From NCBI GenBank assembly GCA_963663765.2, contig CAXXUA010000006.1:96001-160000 (forward strand): a stretch of DNA of 64,000 bases, read 5' to 3'. Position 1 is the first letter of the stretch; the number at the start of each line of letters is the position of its first letter. The notes under the pieces are model-generated. The model ran no database searches. It had not been told where the DNA came from and worked only from the letters and a program-made list of their open reading frames with translations. The DNA is from Candidatus Poribacteria bacterium. GTDB lineage: Bacteria > Poribacteria > WGA-4E > WGA-3G. Made by a program: the position numbers and the translations under genes. Below, piece after piece: positions 18,746 to 29,169 of the stretch.

Positions 18746-19648
18746 CTAATTGGATGCAAGCTCTTCACCGACAATGAGTCGGTAAGCTTCTCGGTATTTT
18801 TCGCTTGTTTTCGTGATGACATCTGTTGGTAACTGTGGTGCTGGGGGTTGTTTGTTCCAACCGATTTCAGATAGATAATCCCTAACAAACTGTTTATCAA
18901 AACTTTGCTGCGGTTTACCGGGTTCATATAGGGCTGCGGGCCAAAAACGTGAAGAGTCTGGTGTAAATACCTCGTCAATGAGTATTATTGATCCGTCCCG
19001 TTCTCCAAATTCAAACTTTGTGTCACATAGAATGATACTAGTTTTTTCTGCATGTTGACTTGCAGCACGGAATAGATCAAAACTGATGTTTATGAGTTCA
19101 TCAGTCAGTTCAGATCCGACCTGATTACGCATCTCGTCTATTGAAATCGGTTCATCATGTTCGCCATGTTCTGCTTTGGTAGTCGGTGTGAACAATAGCT
19201 CAGGTAAACGTTCCGATTCTCGTAGTCCTGCTGGTAGTTTTTGCCCACATATTTCACCCGTTTTCTGATACGAACTCCAGCCGGAACCTGCAAGATACCC
19301 ACGAACAACACATTCAATATCTACACGTTTTGCCTTCTTGACCAACATTGAACGGCCAATTAGGATGTCAGCATCTGTTTGAAGTGCTTTAGGGTATTCT
19401 TCAACATCTGTTGAGATAAGATGATTTTCAACTACATCCTTAGTATAATCAAACCAGAAAGTTGACAATCCAGTTAGGACTTTACCTTTATCTGGTATGC
19501 CATTAGGCAAAACCACATCAAATGCGGATATACGATCAGTTGACACAATCAAGAATTCATCACCGAGATCGTATAGATCGCGGACCTTCCCACGATGTGC
19601 AGCTTCTATGTTTGTTAACTTCGTTGATGTTATAACGTTATTTGACAT
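18746..19648 (-). CDS. purC: Phosphoribosylaminoimidazolesuccinocarboxamide synthase
   Basis: RGKVRDLY, TDRISAFD, ECVVRGYLAGSGW, DTKFEFG, DEVFTPDSSRFW, SFDKQFVRDYL. Confidence 0.98.
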   Translation of the reverse strand: MSNNVITSTKLTNIEAAHRGKVRDLYDLGDEFLIVSTDRISAFDVVLPNGIPDKGKVLTGLSTFWFDYTKDVVENHLISTDVEEYPKALQTDADILIGRSMLVKKAKRVDIECVVRGYLAGSGWSSYQKTGEICGQKLPAGLRESERLPELLFTPTTKAEHGEHDEPISIDEMRNQVGSELTDELINISFDLFRAASQHAEKTSIILCDTKFEFGERDGSIILIDEVFTPDSSRFWPAALYEPGKPQQSFDKQFVRDYLSEIGWNKQPPAPQLPTDVITKTSEKYREAYRLIVGEELASN

Positions 19649-19682
19649 ATTCGTCTCCTAAAAAGAAAGATAGTATTATCTT

Positions 19683-20773
19683 CAGGACTTACGCAGTCTC
19701 AAAGATTATCGATGGATTTGAGAGTTGATATCGCATATAATCATCCAATAAACTTTGTTTAAGTTCATAAATTGTTTTGCCAAGTTTACGCGCAACACGT
19801 TTCAAACAGACCCATATTTGAAAACAACAGGCAATATGATTTCTTTGGGCACGCAACTTGCGACATTGACATTTGCCAATACCCGTGACTTGTTTGATCT
19901 CACGATGGAGTTGTTCAATCTTCCAACGTATACGACATTCTTGGTGTGCCGCATCCGCATCCGATTGAGATAAATCGTTTGTCACAATATATTCCGTGCG
20001 CCCGGTAGAGGAGGCTATCCGGAACAACTTTACTTGATACCCTTTTGGAAACTTCTTGATGTGCACGCTTTTCCCTTGCTGGATTTCTGTCCGGGTCCAA
20101 GATAGGTCTTGGACTTGTTGGTGCGGTTGCTCGCCATCCGTATCGTTTACAAGACGATTTCGTTTCAGGGGCACGTAGTAAATCTTAGAAAGTTTTTCAA
20201 TCGCTTTCATAACTTGCATGGAGGCATACCAAGTATCCATTAGCACCGTCCGAAACGGTATCTGTTTTTTAGAGTACGCGTTGTGCAACATTTCCAGTAA
20301 ATGGTCTATTTTGGTTTTACCATCATGATCTATGTCATAAATACGGTAATCAATAATCCAATACTCTTCTGTCTTTGGATTGACATAGATACACGTCACA
20401 ATACCAATGCCTTTAACGACTTTTTTGTCGCTACCACTCCACTGAGAACGGAGGACCTCAATCTCTTTCGCATAGAGTTTAGGTAGCACAACATCGTCAA
20501 AAACAATGTAGCCATCATCATCAAACTCAATGTCGTTTTTGACCGAGTTCCAAAGTTCATTCGCGGGGATGTTTTCACCGCTCAGAAACCGATTGATTTG
20601 ATCGTGGCTCCACTTATCAGTATGGTCTGCCATATAGGTTTGTGTAAAGTTTGTAAAACTTGATAACAAAAATTGACAATAATCTGAATATAAACTTTGT
20701 TTCTTTTCGGAAAGTGTAAATGTAATCATAATGGAATAGTATAGCACAAATCTATTATAGTGCGTAAGTCCTG
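19683..20773 (-). mobile_element. Intact IS701-family element
   Basis: 13-bp perfect TIR CAGGACTTACGCA; 5-bp TSD ATCTT. Confidence 0.93.
19689..20729 (-). CDS. IS701-family transposase
   Basis: SHDQINRFL, VFDDVVLPK, MDTWYA, RWKIEQLHREIKQVTGIGKCQCR..RAQRNH; stop codon lies in the TIR. Confidence 0.92.
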   Translation of the reverse strand: MITFTLSEKKQSLYSDYCQFLLSSFTNFTQTYMADHTDKWSHDQINRFLSGENIPANELWNSVKNDIEFDDDGYIVFDDVVLPKLYAKEIEVLRSQWSGSDKKVVKGIGIVTCIYVNPKTEEYWIIDYRIYDIDHDGKTKIDHLLEMLHNAYSKKQIPFRTVLMDTWYASMQVMKAIEKLSKIYYVPLKRNRLVNDTDGEQPHQQVQDLSWTRTEIQQGKSVHIKKFPKGYQVKLFRIASSTGRTEYIVTNDLSQSDADAAHQECRIRWKIEQLHREIKQVTGIGKCQCRKLRAQRNHIACCFQIWVCLKRVARKLGKTIYELKQSLLDDYMRYQLSNPSIIFETA

Positions 20774-20776
20774 ATC

Positions 20777-21406
20777 TTATTCATCTAATAAATCCTGTAG
20801 CACGATTGCAGTTCTATTTGCAGCATCAATCTGTAGTGCTTTTTCTATCTCTTGCATTGCTTTCTGGTTTTCACCGAGATAGAAGTAACACGATGCTTTG
20901 AGTGCGAATAATTCGGCATTCGTATAATAATCATGTCGGTATAGGTATTTTGTATCTGCGTTCAGACCGTTATCGATTGCTTTTATCGCATCCCCAAAGT
21001 CCGAAGTATCCTTGTATCTCAAATATAACGTATTAGCAAGGCCTATCCAAGCATCAGCATTCGTAGAATCATAACGCACGGCATTTTGGAATGCATCCAG
21101 TGCTAAAGAAACTGTCAATGAAAGACTCAGATGACTCCATCCAACCCCATTGTGTGCATCAGCATGTTCAGGATCCGAGTTTAATGCGCGCTCAAAATTT
21201 AGCAGTGCTTGTGTAAAATCACCCGAGTTATAAGCAATCCATCCTTGCTGTGTATGAGTGATTGCAGTAGCAGAAACAGTCTCAGAATCGCTTGAACAGC
21301 TAAGTATTAAAACAGATAAAATGAGAAACAATATGAATGGATGTCTAAGATTATGGTATTTCATGGCTTCATGTGTTGAATAGGTTGAATTTCTGAACAT
21401 TCTCAT
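20777..21406 (-). CDS. TPR-repeat lipoprotein
   Basis: LILSC lipobox; ALLNFERAL..DP..ADAHNGVGW; ADAWIGLA. Confidence 0.8.
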   Translation of the reverse strand: MRMFRNSTYSTHEAMKYHNLRHPFILFLILSVLILSCSSDSETVSATAITHTQQGWIAYNSGDFTQALLNFERALNSDPEHADAHNGVGWSHLSLSLTVSLALDAFQNAVRYDSTNADAWIGLANTLYLRYKDTSDFGDAIKAIDNGLNADTKYLYRHDYYTNAELFALKASCYFYLGENQKAMQEIEKALQIDAANRTAIVLQDLLDE

Positions 21407-21415
21407 ATTGATTTC

Positions 21416-24400
21416 TTATTCCGATTTTAGCGTTGCCAGTAGTGGACTTCTAAGTGCTAAAGTGACTGCAAATGCATTTGCAATTATACCAAAAACGAAG
21501 ATGAATAACAAGGTAATCGAGAGCGAATACCAAGGTAATGAGTTAAGATTTCCTTTTAAGCTGAGAATACCTACTAACCCCGCAAAAACTCCAATGAACA
21601 TACCCGCAGCAAGAAGAAAGAAACTCTCCAAGAACAACATACGTAAGAGTAATTGTCTTCTGAAACCAAACGCACGGAGTGTCGCTAATTCCCCACGACG
21701 TTCAATGATATTTCTCAAAAGAACAAGTGCTAATCCGAATGTACCAAGTAGAACACCCAAGCCTCCAAGACTTTGGAAAGTAGAAATATATGTGTTTTCA
21801 ACCGCACGAAAACTTGCCAGACGGTCTACTGCTAATGTAACATCAAAACCGTAATCACTTAGTGTTTTCTCAAGTATGCTTGATGTGCTTTCTTGATATC
21901 CATCAGTAGTTTTGATCAGGAAATATTGATACCCACTTTGACTTGGAAAATACTTTTTAAAATTATCTTCTGATATAATCAGTTGGCTTTGAAATAGGCT
22001 ATTATTTACTGTATCAAGAAGTAGATGTAAAGGTTTACCTGATTCATCTTGAATCGCATAAGATTCTTCTGGATCATGATGTAAAATCCAACGAAGAGAA
22101 TTTTCATCACCAATTGCCCGGATTATATCTTCTTCCAATTCATTTTCATCTGCAATGTTTAACCACAACATTTCATCTGACATCGTATCTGGCGCTCCTA
22201 TGATCTGGGGTTTTTCTGGTTTATATAAATTGAGACAACTGACATCTTCCCCCGGTAGTACTCTAAATGGATATACAGTTGATTCAGACAATATTACTTC
22301 ATCGTTTTCATCAAAACCGAGTTCTGACCTGCCATCTGGTGAATTCATGTTTTGATGTATAGGTAATGACGATTCTGCGACAAATGTATATTCAGTTTGA
22401 GGAACGCCATCATGCCGATTTGCCCCAACTGCCACGATGATACAACAAGCTAAACTTATAGTCATTACACAAGTATTACTCCTTGACGGTTGTCGTGCAG
22501 CGTTTTTTAATGACAACTTTACTCTGGTCAACTTCTCGTTTGCTTTTTGGGTATTTATCCATTTTGAAAATATCAACAGACCCATAGCCAATATGACAGA
22601 AGTTAACATAAAGAATATAAATAAAGGATTTGTATACAATTCCGCTAACTTAACTGATAGAGTCTTACCTAAAGGGAAGTAAGAAATAGGTAATCCGACT
22701 ATAATGCCAATACATAGAAATATCATTGCTTTATTTACATTTAAAGTGAGTCTATATTCAGATAGTTTTTTAAAAAAATATAGTAATAAATAAATTGCAG
22801 AAATTCCAAATAACACAAAAACAATATTTACAATTTTGCTAATATAGTCTTCTTCAAATAACATATCGCTAAATATAAGACTACAAATTAATCCAGTAAG
22901 AAATAGGTATATGAAGAAAAACCTATTTACCTTGGTAGAAGTCTTATCATTCTTTATCAATAGATCTGTCTTCTCAAAGTCAGTTTTACCAGCCAATAAC
23001 GATACGGTGGACGTTTTACCTAATTTACGAACAGTCATTATAATGGAAAATATAACTACAAGCAGAGAAATAAGCGCACCAAAAACTAAACTCCAACCAC
23101 TTACATGAAGATTCATAAACGGTGTACCGATAGCAGGTAACCACCATGTCTTCAAACCATAGATCATCAATTGTCCGTAACCTATTGCCAGAATGCAACC
23201 GAATAGACTACCAATACCAGCAATGATGATACCTTCTATAAGAAATCGGTGGCGAATTTTTACAAGCGTATAGCCGATAGCCTGCAAAATACCAATTTCA
23301 CGCGACCTTTGTTCAACACCGATTCTGAACAACATACCAACTAACAATGCAACAGCAATAATGATAAACCCACTCAAACTACCGAATAACATACCGAAAT
23401 CAGTGGAACCTGTCGACGCGTTGAGTCCATCTGCTTTCGGCGATAGGAAACGAAATCCTATCTGTTCGGGTTTGATCTTCTTGAGAAACTCAGTTTCAAA
23501 AAGGTTGCGAGTGTTTTGAAGATTGTTATCCGTCGCAGCATCCATGCGGATTGTAGTGAGATCGCCAAATCTGTTCTGCCAAAGTTCTTTTCCAATTTCT
23601 AAGGAAATATACGCTTTCGGTGTTGCTTTGTATTGTTCCCAATAATCATCGTCTTTACTTCGGATTATGGAGTAATCAAACGGAAAAGGTGGCTCCCAAT
23701 CTGCAATAGTAGCAGTGTCGTGGATACCGGGAAAAGTTGGAATAATGTTCCTGTCTGCCCAGAAACCTTCTATTGGAACAATACCTCCGAGAACAAAGGT
23801 GGCATTTTCTGTTTCGTATTCTTCATCTGCACTGACACTGAAATATGATATATAGATTTTATCACCAATTTGTGCACCTAAGTCTTCGGCTGCCCAAGTA
23901 TTGAGAATGATTTTTGGCAGGTTACCCAACCGTTCTTCTTTATTGGTACTATTGTTGACATCTGAAAACACACTGTCCTCAATAGGTATCGCCAACATTG
24001 TGGAGTACGGTATGGTGTTGGTAGAATTTTCGTTATTGTCTTCCACTTGAGATGCTAATGAAATAGTATTGGCAAGATAGGTCAAGGTTGGGAGTGCTGG
24101 AATATCGTTCGCTTGGGCAACGGACAACGCAGACTCGGACAACACAGGTTCAACCAAGTATTGATCACTTTGTAGATCAAAATAGTTTTCATACGCATTG
24201 ATCTTCAATCCAAGTGTCTCAAGAGTGATTGTTAGTGAATCGGATGTAATTGGATTAATATCAGTTGAAAAAACAGCATTGACTTTATTCAACTGACCAA
24301 GTTCATTTTGTATTATAGGTAGTGATACGTAGGCATTTAAGGGGAGACTCTGGTGTGGTTGCAGACTAAATCTACCAGCATTTTCAGTCGGAATGATGTC

Positions 24401-24946
24401 GCTAACGATTAGTCTTATGCGTTGAATAACATCCGTCGCATCCCGATTACCAAGTAGAAACTCAGGATGGATATCAGCAGTTTCCTGAAAACTAACAAAG
24501 ATCGCATCTCCGACATTTACATTCAATTCCTTTTGTAGAGTCTGGTTGATAACAACATCAGCGAAAGGTTGATCTGATGATTGATTCCAATTAGGTATAT
24601 CTCCATTATCCCAAAGTTCAAAGAAGGAATTCTCTACACCGCAAATGTTGACTGTTGAAGCACGGTTTTCTGTTTGTGGTACAACAACTGAACCGTTGGT
24701 AAGAATTGCTGAAACTTTGTTCTCATGACTGATTATCTCTGGTGAAAAAAAACGATCAGATATGATCGCATGTTCAATGTTACCAAGACGTTCCAGTGTA
24801 ATATCTTGCAAACTGCCCCGCATTGAATCCCCTACAATCAATGCACCAGCAAGCACACCAGTTGCAACGGCAGTACAAAGCGCAACGGTAAGGTGAATTT
24901 GCCAGAAATGTTTTGCAGATGACCATAGTGTCCGCATAATTGTCAA
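21416..24946 (-). CDS. Large FtsX/MacB-type ABC transporter permease
   Basis: GVLAGALIVGDSMRGSL; two permease motifs EQRSREIGILQAIG and ERRGELATLRAFGF. Confidence 0.9.
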   Translation of the reverse strand: MTIMRTLWSSAKHFWQIHLTVALCTAVATGVLAGALIVGDSMRGSLQDITLERLGNIEHAIISDRFFSPEIISHENKVSAILTNGSVVVPQTENRASTVNICGVENSFFELWDNGDIPNWNQSSDQPFADVVINQTLQKELNVNVGDAIFVSFQETADIHPEFLLGNRDATDVIQRIRLIVSDIIPTENAGRFSLQPHQSLPLNAYVSLPIIQNELGQLNKVNAVFSTDINPITSDSLTITLETLGLKINAYENYFDLQSDQYLVEPVLSESALSVAQANDIPALPTLTYLANTISLASQVEDNNENSTNTIPYSTMLAIPIEDSVFSDVNNSTNKEERLGNLPKIILNTWAAEDLGAQIGDKIYISYFSVSADEEYETENATFVLGGIVPIEGFWADRNIIPTFPGIHDTATIADWEPPFPFDYSIIRSKDDDYWEQYKATPKAYISLEIGKELWQNRFGDLTTIRMDAATDNNLQNTRNLFETEFLKKIKPEQIGFRFLSPKADGLNASTGSTDFGMLFGSLSGFIIIAVALLVGMLFRIGVEQRSREIGILQAIGYTLVKIRHRFLIEGIIIAGIGSLFGCILAIGYGQLMIYGLKTWWLPAIGTPFMNLHVSGWSLVFGALISLLVVIFSIIMTVRKLGKTSTVSLLAGKTDFEKTDLLIKNDKTSTKVNRFFFIYLFLTGLICSLIFSDMLFEEDYISKIVNIVFVLFGISAIYLLLYFFKKLSEYRLTLNVNKAMIFLCIGIIVGLPISYFPLGKTLSVKLAELYTNPLFIFFMLTSVILAMGLLIFSKWINTQKANEKLTRVKLSLKNAARQPSRSNTCVMTISLACCIIVAVGANRHDGVPQTEYTFVAESSLPIHQNMNSPDGRSELGFDENDEVILSESTVYPFRVLPGEDVSCLNLYKPEKPQIIGAPDTMSDEMLWLNIADENELEEDIIRAIGDENSLRWILHHDPEESYAIQDESGKPLHLLLDTVNNSLFQSQLIISEDNFKKYFPSQSGYQYFLIKTTDGYQESTSSILEKTLSDYGFDVTLAVDRLASFRAVENTYISTFQSLGGLGVLLGTFGLALVLLRNIIERRGELATLRAFGFRRQLLLRMLFLESFFLLAAGMFIGVFAGLVGILSLKGNLNSLPWYSLSITLLFIFVFGIIANAFAVTLALRSPLLATLKSE

Positions 24947-24968
24947 AATCCGATCTCAATCTCTTTCT

Positions 24969-25670
24969 TTAACTCTGGTTTTCGTTAGCATTGACAATAC
25001 TACAAACGCCATCAGAAAGTCTTAGATGGTTATCAAAACGGGAAGCTAAATCAAGATTGTGGGTCACAACTATTAAGATATTTTCTTCTGTATTGTGTAT
25101 CTCAAAGAGTAAATCTACAATATTACCAGCAGTCGTCGAATCTAAATTTCCAGTTGGTTCGTCACAGAGAAGAATACTGGGTTTGTTGATAAGCGCGCGA
25201 GCAATCGCAACTCGTTGACGTTCTCCACCTGAGAGTTCGGCAGGACGGTGTGATATTCTATCCTTCAAACCTACCCGATCAAGCAGTTCATGTGCTTGAT
25301 CTTTATGGTCCGGTTTCTGTTTGAATGCAAGAGTAGGAATGAGTACATTTTCAATTACAGAGTATTGTGGAAGAAGGTGGTGATCTTGAAAGACAAAACC
25401 GATTGCTGAGTTGCGGTACTGTGCAAGTTCTGGTTCGGTGAGTGTAAATGGATTTATTCCGTTAATATCCACATGTCCATCTGTAGGTTTCTCTAAAGTT
25501 CCAATGATGTGTAGAAGTGTACTTTTGCCAGAACCAGATGGACCCGTAACTGCAATTGCAGTACCATCCGAAAAACTAAAAGATATATCTCGTAAGACTT
25601 GAATAGTTCCGAAGTCCTTGGTAAGTTGTGATACTTTTAGTGAATGCGGATTATTTTCAAATTCATTCAT
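24969..25670 (-). CDS. ABC transporter ATP-binding protein (LolD/MacB-like)
   Basis: GPSGSGKST, LSGGERQRVAIARAL, DEPTGNLD. Confidence 0.95.
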   Translation of the reverse strand: MNEFENNPHSLKVSQLTKDFGTIQVLRDISFSFSDGTAIAVTGPSGSGKSTLLHIIGTLEKPTDGHVDINGINPFTLTEPELAQYRNSAIGFVFQDHHLLPQYSVIENVLIPTLAFKQKPDHKDQAHELLDRVGLKDRISHRPAELSGGERQRVAIARALINKPSILLCDEPTGNLDSTTAGNIVDLLFEIHNTEENILIVVTHNLDLASRFDNHLRLSDGVCSIVNANENQS

Positions 25671-26080
25671 TCTGTTACTATCTGAGATACGATAAAGTCA
25701 GGTATTGGAATTGAGCGTATTTTTTCACCTGGGTTTGTAATGCAGCAGACTGTTGTGAGCTGTCCGCGTGCAACATCAATTTCATTGTGCATGAATTGAA
25801 ATTGATAGGTTAGTGATTTTGTGCCCTTCTTAGAAATCCACAACAGAATATCTACTTCATCCTCAAAACGTAGTGGACTAAGATATTCACATGAAGCGGT
25901 AACACGGGGCCACCCAATCTTATTACCATCCCATTCAGTAACTACACTCGTTCCAAGGCTACGAAGGAATTCGTGTTCAACCGTTTCCATAAAGACAAAA
26001 AACCTTGTGAAATGGACAATCCCCGCCATATCCGTATCCACAAACTCAATTTTACGTTTAGTTCGGAACTCAGTTCGCAT
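25667..26080 (-). CDS. Acyl-CoA thioesterase (4HBT/YbgC family)
   Basis: IEFVDTDMAGIVHF..FF.FME; CEYLSPLRFED. Confidence 0.9.
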   Translation of the reverse strand: MRTEFRTKRKIEFVDTDMAGIVHFTRFFVFMETVEHEFLRSLGTSVVTEWDGNKIGWPRVTASCEYLSPLRFEDEVDILLWISKKGTKSLTYQFQFMHNEIDVARGQLTTVCCITNPGEKIRSIPIPDFIVSQIVTE

Positions 26081-26098
26081 AATTTCAGTGTTAATCAG

Positions 26099-27520
26099 TT
26101 AGTTTTTTGGATATTCTGGTACTTCCTCGTAACGACTCCAAGTTTCTGAATATATTCTCCAATATCCATCTGCAGGATCAATCATTAAGTTCAACTTCTT
26201 TGTTCCATAGTCTGAATACGCAGGACGACTTCCGGACGCGGGTGTGCCTTTGAATTTTTGCATGAAACTCACATCCGCGACTGCATTATCTCCATTAATA
26301 ACGAGATTAGAAATCACAACCTGAATATCAGCATAATGAACATTCAACTTTTTCATTTTCTGTTTCAGTTGATCTTTGCGCAAGAAGGTAGATGTTTCAG
26401 TTCCATTTCTCACAGTAACTCGTGTGATTAATGCTCTGTCTGCATAAATTGACATGTAAGTATCTATGTCCTTGTCTTCCCATGCTTTTTGCCATTTTCC
26501 CAAAATTTGACTGACTTTGAGTTGTGTATCAAGAGGTGCATTTCCATCAAAGATATTTGAAACCGACTCTTCAGGAATTATCTCCTCTGGCAACTGGTCT
26601 GATTGAGAAATAGGTTCATCAGAAATATAATCTCCTCCAACTACATCATTGATGAGTTTCCATTTTCTAACAAAAAAACCTTTCTTTTCAATAGTTAGTG
26701 TGCGTGTGTGGGTTTCAATGTAAGTACCAGCACTACTGATTGAAACACTGATATTATTCACCACATGTCGCGTTTTGGAATATGTTACCGGAGTATATGA
26801 AGCTTCACTTAGGTCAACAACTAAGTCTTGAGATAATTGTAGCAAAGCTAACTGGTAATTACTGTTATGTTTTTTTCTTGCAGATTTGTCCCAAAGCGAT
26901 TCATACTTTTTCTTATTTTGGGATTCAAGGATTTCTTTCCATTCCAATACAACATCTGCGACAGGACTATCTACAGTCGTATCGGGATCGGTCAACGAAT
27001 CTTCTGCAAATGTTGTTAGGTCTGAAGAAATATCTTCACTGACAACTTCATCTCTGATGAGTTTCCAACGCTGTTGTATCAGTCCAGTTTTTGCAATAAT
27101 AAGTGATCTTGACTGTACTAAAGGTTCTCCTGGCGCATTTATTAAGATGGGGATATTCTCAATTCGCAAATAATGTGGGTCCTGAGGATCCTTACGAGTT
27201 CTTTTTTCAGCCAGTCTTATATCAACATCAATTTGCATGTCTTGAATAAAAAGCTGCGCGGTATCTTGATAACCGGAATTAGTCTTATTACTTGCATTTT
27301 TACCCCAGAGTAAATCATATTTTTTTATATCGCCTGATTCAAGTGCACTTTTCCATTTCACTAAAAACGCTACAGGTGTTTCACTTGACCTTGAGAACCA
27401 TATAATACCAACAATAAGGATAACAATAACACTAACTATTGCACCCCATTTCAGATTGTCTGATAAAGAAAAGGAACTTTTTGAGTCATTAATTGCAGTG
27501 TTTTGAAAGTCATTCATCAA
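26099..27520 (-). CDS. Membrane-anchored protein with three NTF2-like repeats
   Basis: One TM; repeated W..(A/I)(L/W)E..(D/N)...Y...(W/Y) starts and WKL/WRI...E ends. Confidence 0.6.
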   Translation of the reverse strand: MMNDFQNTAINDSKSSFSLSDNLKWGAIVSVIVILIVGIIWFSRSSETPVAFLVKWKSALESGDIKKYDLLWGKNASNKTNSGYQDTAQLFIQDMQIDVDIRLAEKRTRKDPQDPHYLRIENIPILINAPGEPLVQSRSLIIAKTGLIQQRWKLIRDEVVSEDISSDLTTFAEDSLTDPDTTVDSPVADVVLEWKEILESQNKKKYESLWDKSARKKHNSNYQLALLQLSQDLVVDLSEASYTPVTYSKTRHVVNNISVSISSAGTYIETHTRTLTIEKKGFFVRKWKLINDVVGGDYISDEPISQSDQLPEEIIPEESVSNIFDGNAPLDTQLKVSQILGKWQKAWEDKDIDTYMSIYADRALITRVTVRNGTETSTFLRKDQLKQKMKKLNVHYADIQVVISNLVINGDNAVADVSFMQKFKGTPASGSRPAYSDYGTKKLNLMIDPADGYWRIYSETWSRYEEVPEYPKN

Positions 27521-27529
27521 CCCTTCTCC

Positions 27530-28879
27530 TTATAATTTCGGTATATTTTCGTATATTTGCCAAGTTTCACGGTATATTTTCCAAGTACCTTGAATTTGAT
27601 GCATCCAAACTTCGCGAATCCAGATATTATATAATGCAGTATCATCCTCTGTTTCTGCTGGAGGTGAAACCAACCGACTCAAACGATAGATACCGATGAC
27701 ACTCTCTTGCTCAACCTCAAAAGATTTGTCAGACGTTGACCATCCTTGAGCATTCATCTCACGTAGTTTGGTTTCAACTTTCGTTTTATCAAGTGAAGTT
27801 TTATGTTCTTTGCTCTCTTTTATTATAATCTGATTTAATTCTGACGTCGCTGTATAGAGTGCAAAGTGTCCTTTAAGATTCTTGCTATTCCATGCCTTGT
27901 GCCAATTCGTGAGTGCGGCTTTACCCGCATTTATTTGTTGGGTGGAAAGCGATGTGCGTCCTGTTCTTTTCGGTTTGTCATTTTCAAGTTGACGGACATA
28001 AGCACGGGCTTTCTCTTCCTGTTTGCGGATAAATTCTGCGTGGTCAGCTGCAACGTTACGTTTCTTGGCTTCTGCAAGCATGTCGGTATATATTTTTGCT
28101 TGTTCACGTAGCTGTTTTTTCAGAGATTCTGTTTCAGCAATAGCAGCGCGTTTTTGGCGACTTTCTGTTTTCGCCATCGCTTCTGCTGCATCAATTTTCT
28201 TTGAAAAATTCTTTATTTGCGTTCCAAAATTAATGACTTCAGTTTCAGATCGAGAGGCTTGTGCTTGAATAGATTTTAATGTTTCCTTAAGTTCCGCAAT
28301 CTTTTGTTCATGAACTTTCTTAGTATTACCTATTTCTTTTTTCTCAGTTTCAAGCGTCTGTATATTCTGTTTTAGTTGTTGTTCAGTCTCACTAAATTGC
28401 TGCAGTTTCGTATCTAAATCAGTTAGTTTCTTTTCACTTGATTTAAGTTGTTTTTGCAGTTCTGTGATGAGCGCATCCTTTCCAATAATATTTGCATTAT
28501 GTTCAGCATTCATCTTGTTTTGTTCCGCTTTTCTCCGAGCAATTTCTGCTTTTGTAATAGCGCGGTTGGCAAAATTGATAACGTCAAATCCGTTCTTGTT
28601 TTTTAATTCATCTTTCGCCTTTTCAAGATAAGTTTCTGCTTCTTCAAAATCCTCAAACGCAAGGGATGCTGCACCTGCATCTCGTGCTGACTGAATAGTC
28701 ATCTCAGCTTGCAAAATCAGACTATCAACATCTTTGGACTCAATATTACCGAGTTTAGTACCACATGCTGTCAGAAAAATCGGCAATATAAGTACTAAAA
28801 CAACGAATATATGATATAAGAGACAATTTAATTGAGTTTTCTTGTTACTTTTCCCATTGATGTGTATTCCCTTCATCAC
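27530..28879 (-). CDS. Lipoprotein: DUF4398-like region + long coiled coil + NTF2-like domain
   Basis: LTAC lipobox; AEMTIQSARDAGA...AETYLEKA; WHKAWNSKNL; TWKIYRETW. Confidence 0.6.
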   Translation of the reverse strand: MMKGIHINGKSNKKTQLNCLLYHIFVVLVLILPIFLTACGTKLGNIESKDVDSLILQAEMTIQSARDAGAASLAFEDFEEAETYLEKAKDELKNKNGFDVINFANRAITKAEIARRKAEQNKMNAEHNANIIGKDALITELQKQLKSSEKKLTDLDTKLQQFSETEQQLKQNIQTLETEKKEIGNTKKVHEQKIAELKETLKSIQAQASRSETEVINFGTQIKNFSKKIDAAEAMAKTESRQKRAAIAETESLKKQLREQAKIYTDMLAEAKKRNVAADHAEFIRKQEEKARAYVRQLENDKPKRTGRTSLSTQQINAGKAALTNWHKAWNSKNLKGHFALYTATSELNQIIIKESKEHKTSLDKTKVETKLREMNAQGWSTSDKSFEVEQESVIGIYRLSRLVSPPAETEDDTALYNIWIREVWMHQIQGTWKIYRETWQIYENIPKL

Positions 28880-28933
28880 TTTGACTCCTTCAAAATAATT
28901 TTACTTTTTAATAGAATAAACGTGTTTAACGAT

Positions 28934-29143
28934 CATGACTTACGCAAAAACTGTAGGCGGTGAATGTCTAAATGGCATACATACCCGGTGAATGCCTAAA
29001 TGGCATTCATACCGTTGATTTCTTGATTTCTTGATTTCTTGATTTGGTGCTTTGTAAGCGCGCTGGAAACCCAAAAAAACGCTGATAATTGCATTATTTT
29101 CATCATAATTCTTGATTAAATCAATAAAACTGCATAAGTCCTG
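28934..29143. mobile_element. IS701-type MITE
   Basis: catgacttacgca / tgcataagtcctg; TSD ACGAT. Confidence 0.88.
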
Positions 29144-29169
29144 ACGATATAAGAAGTAATTTGGATATA

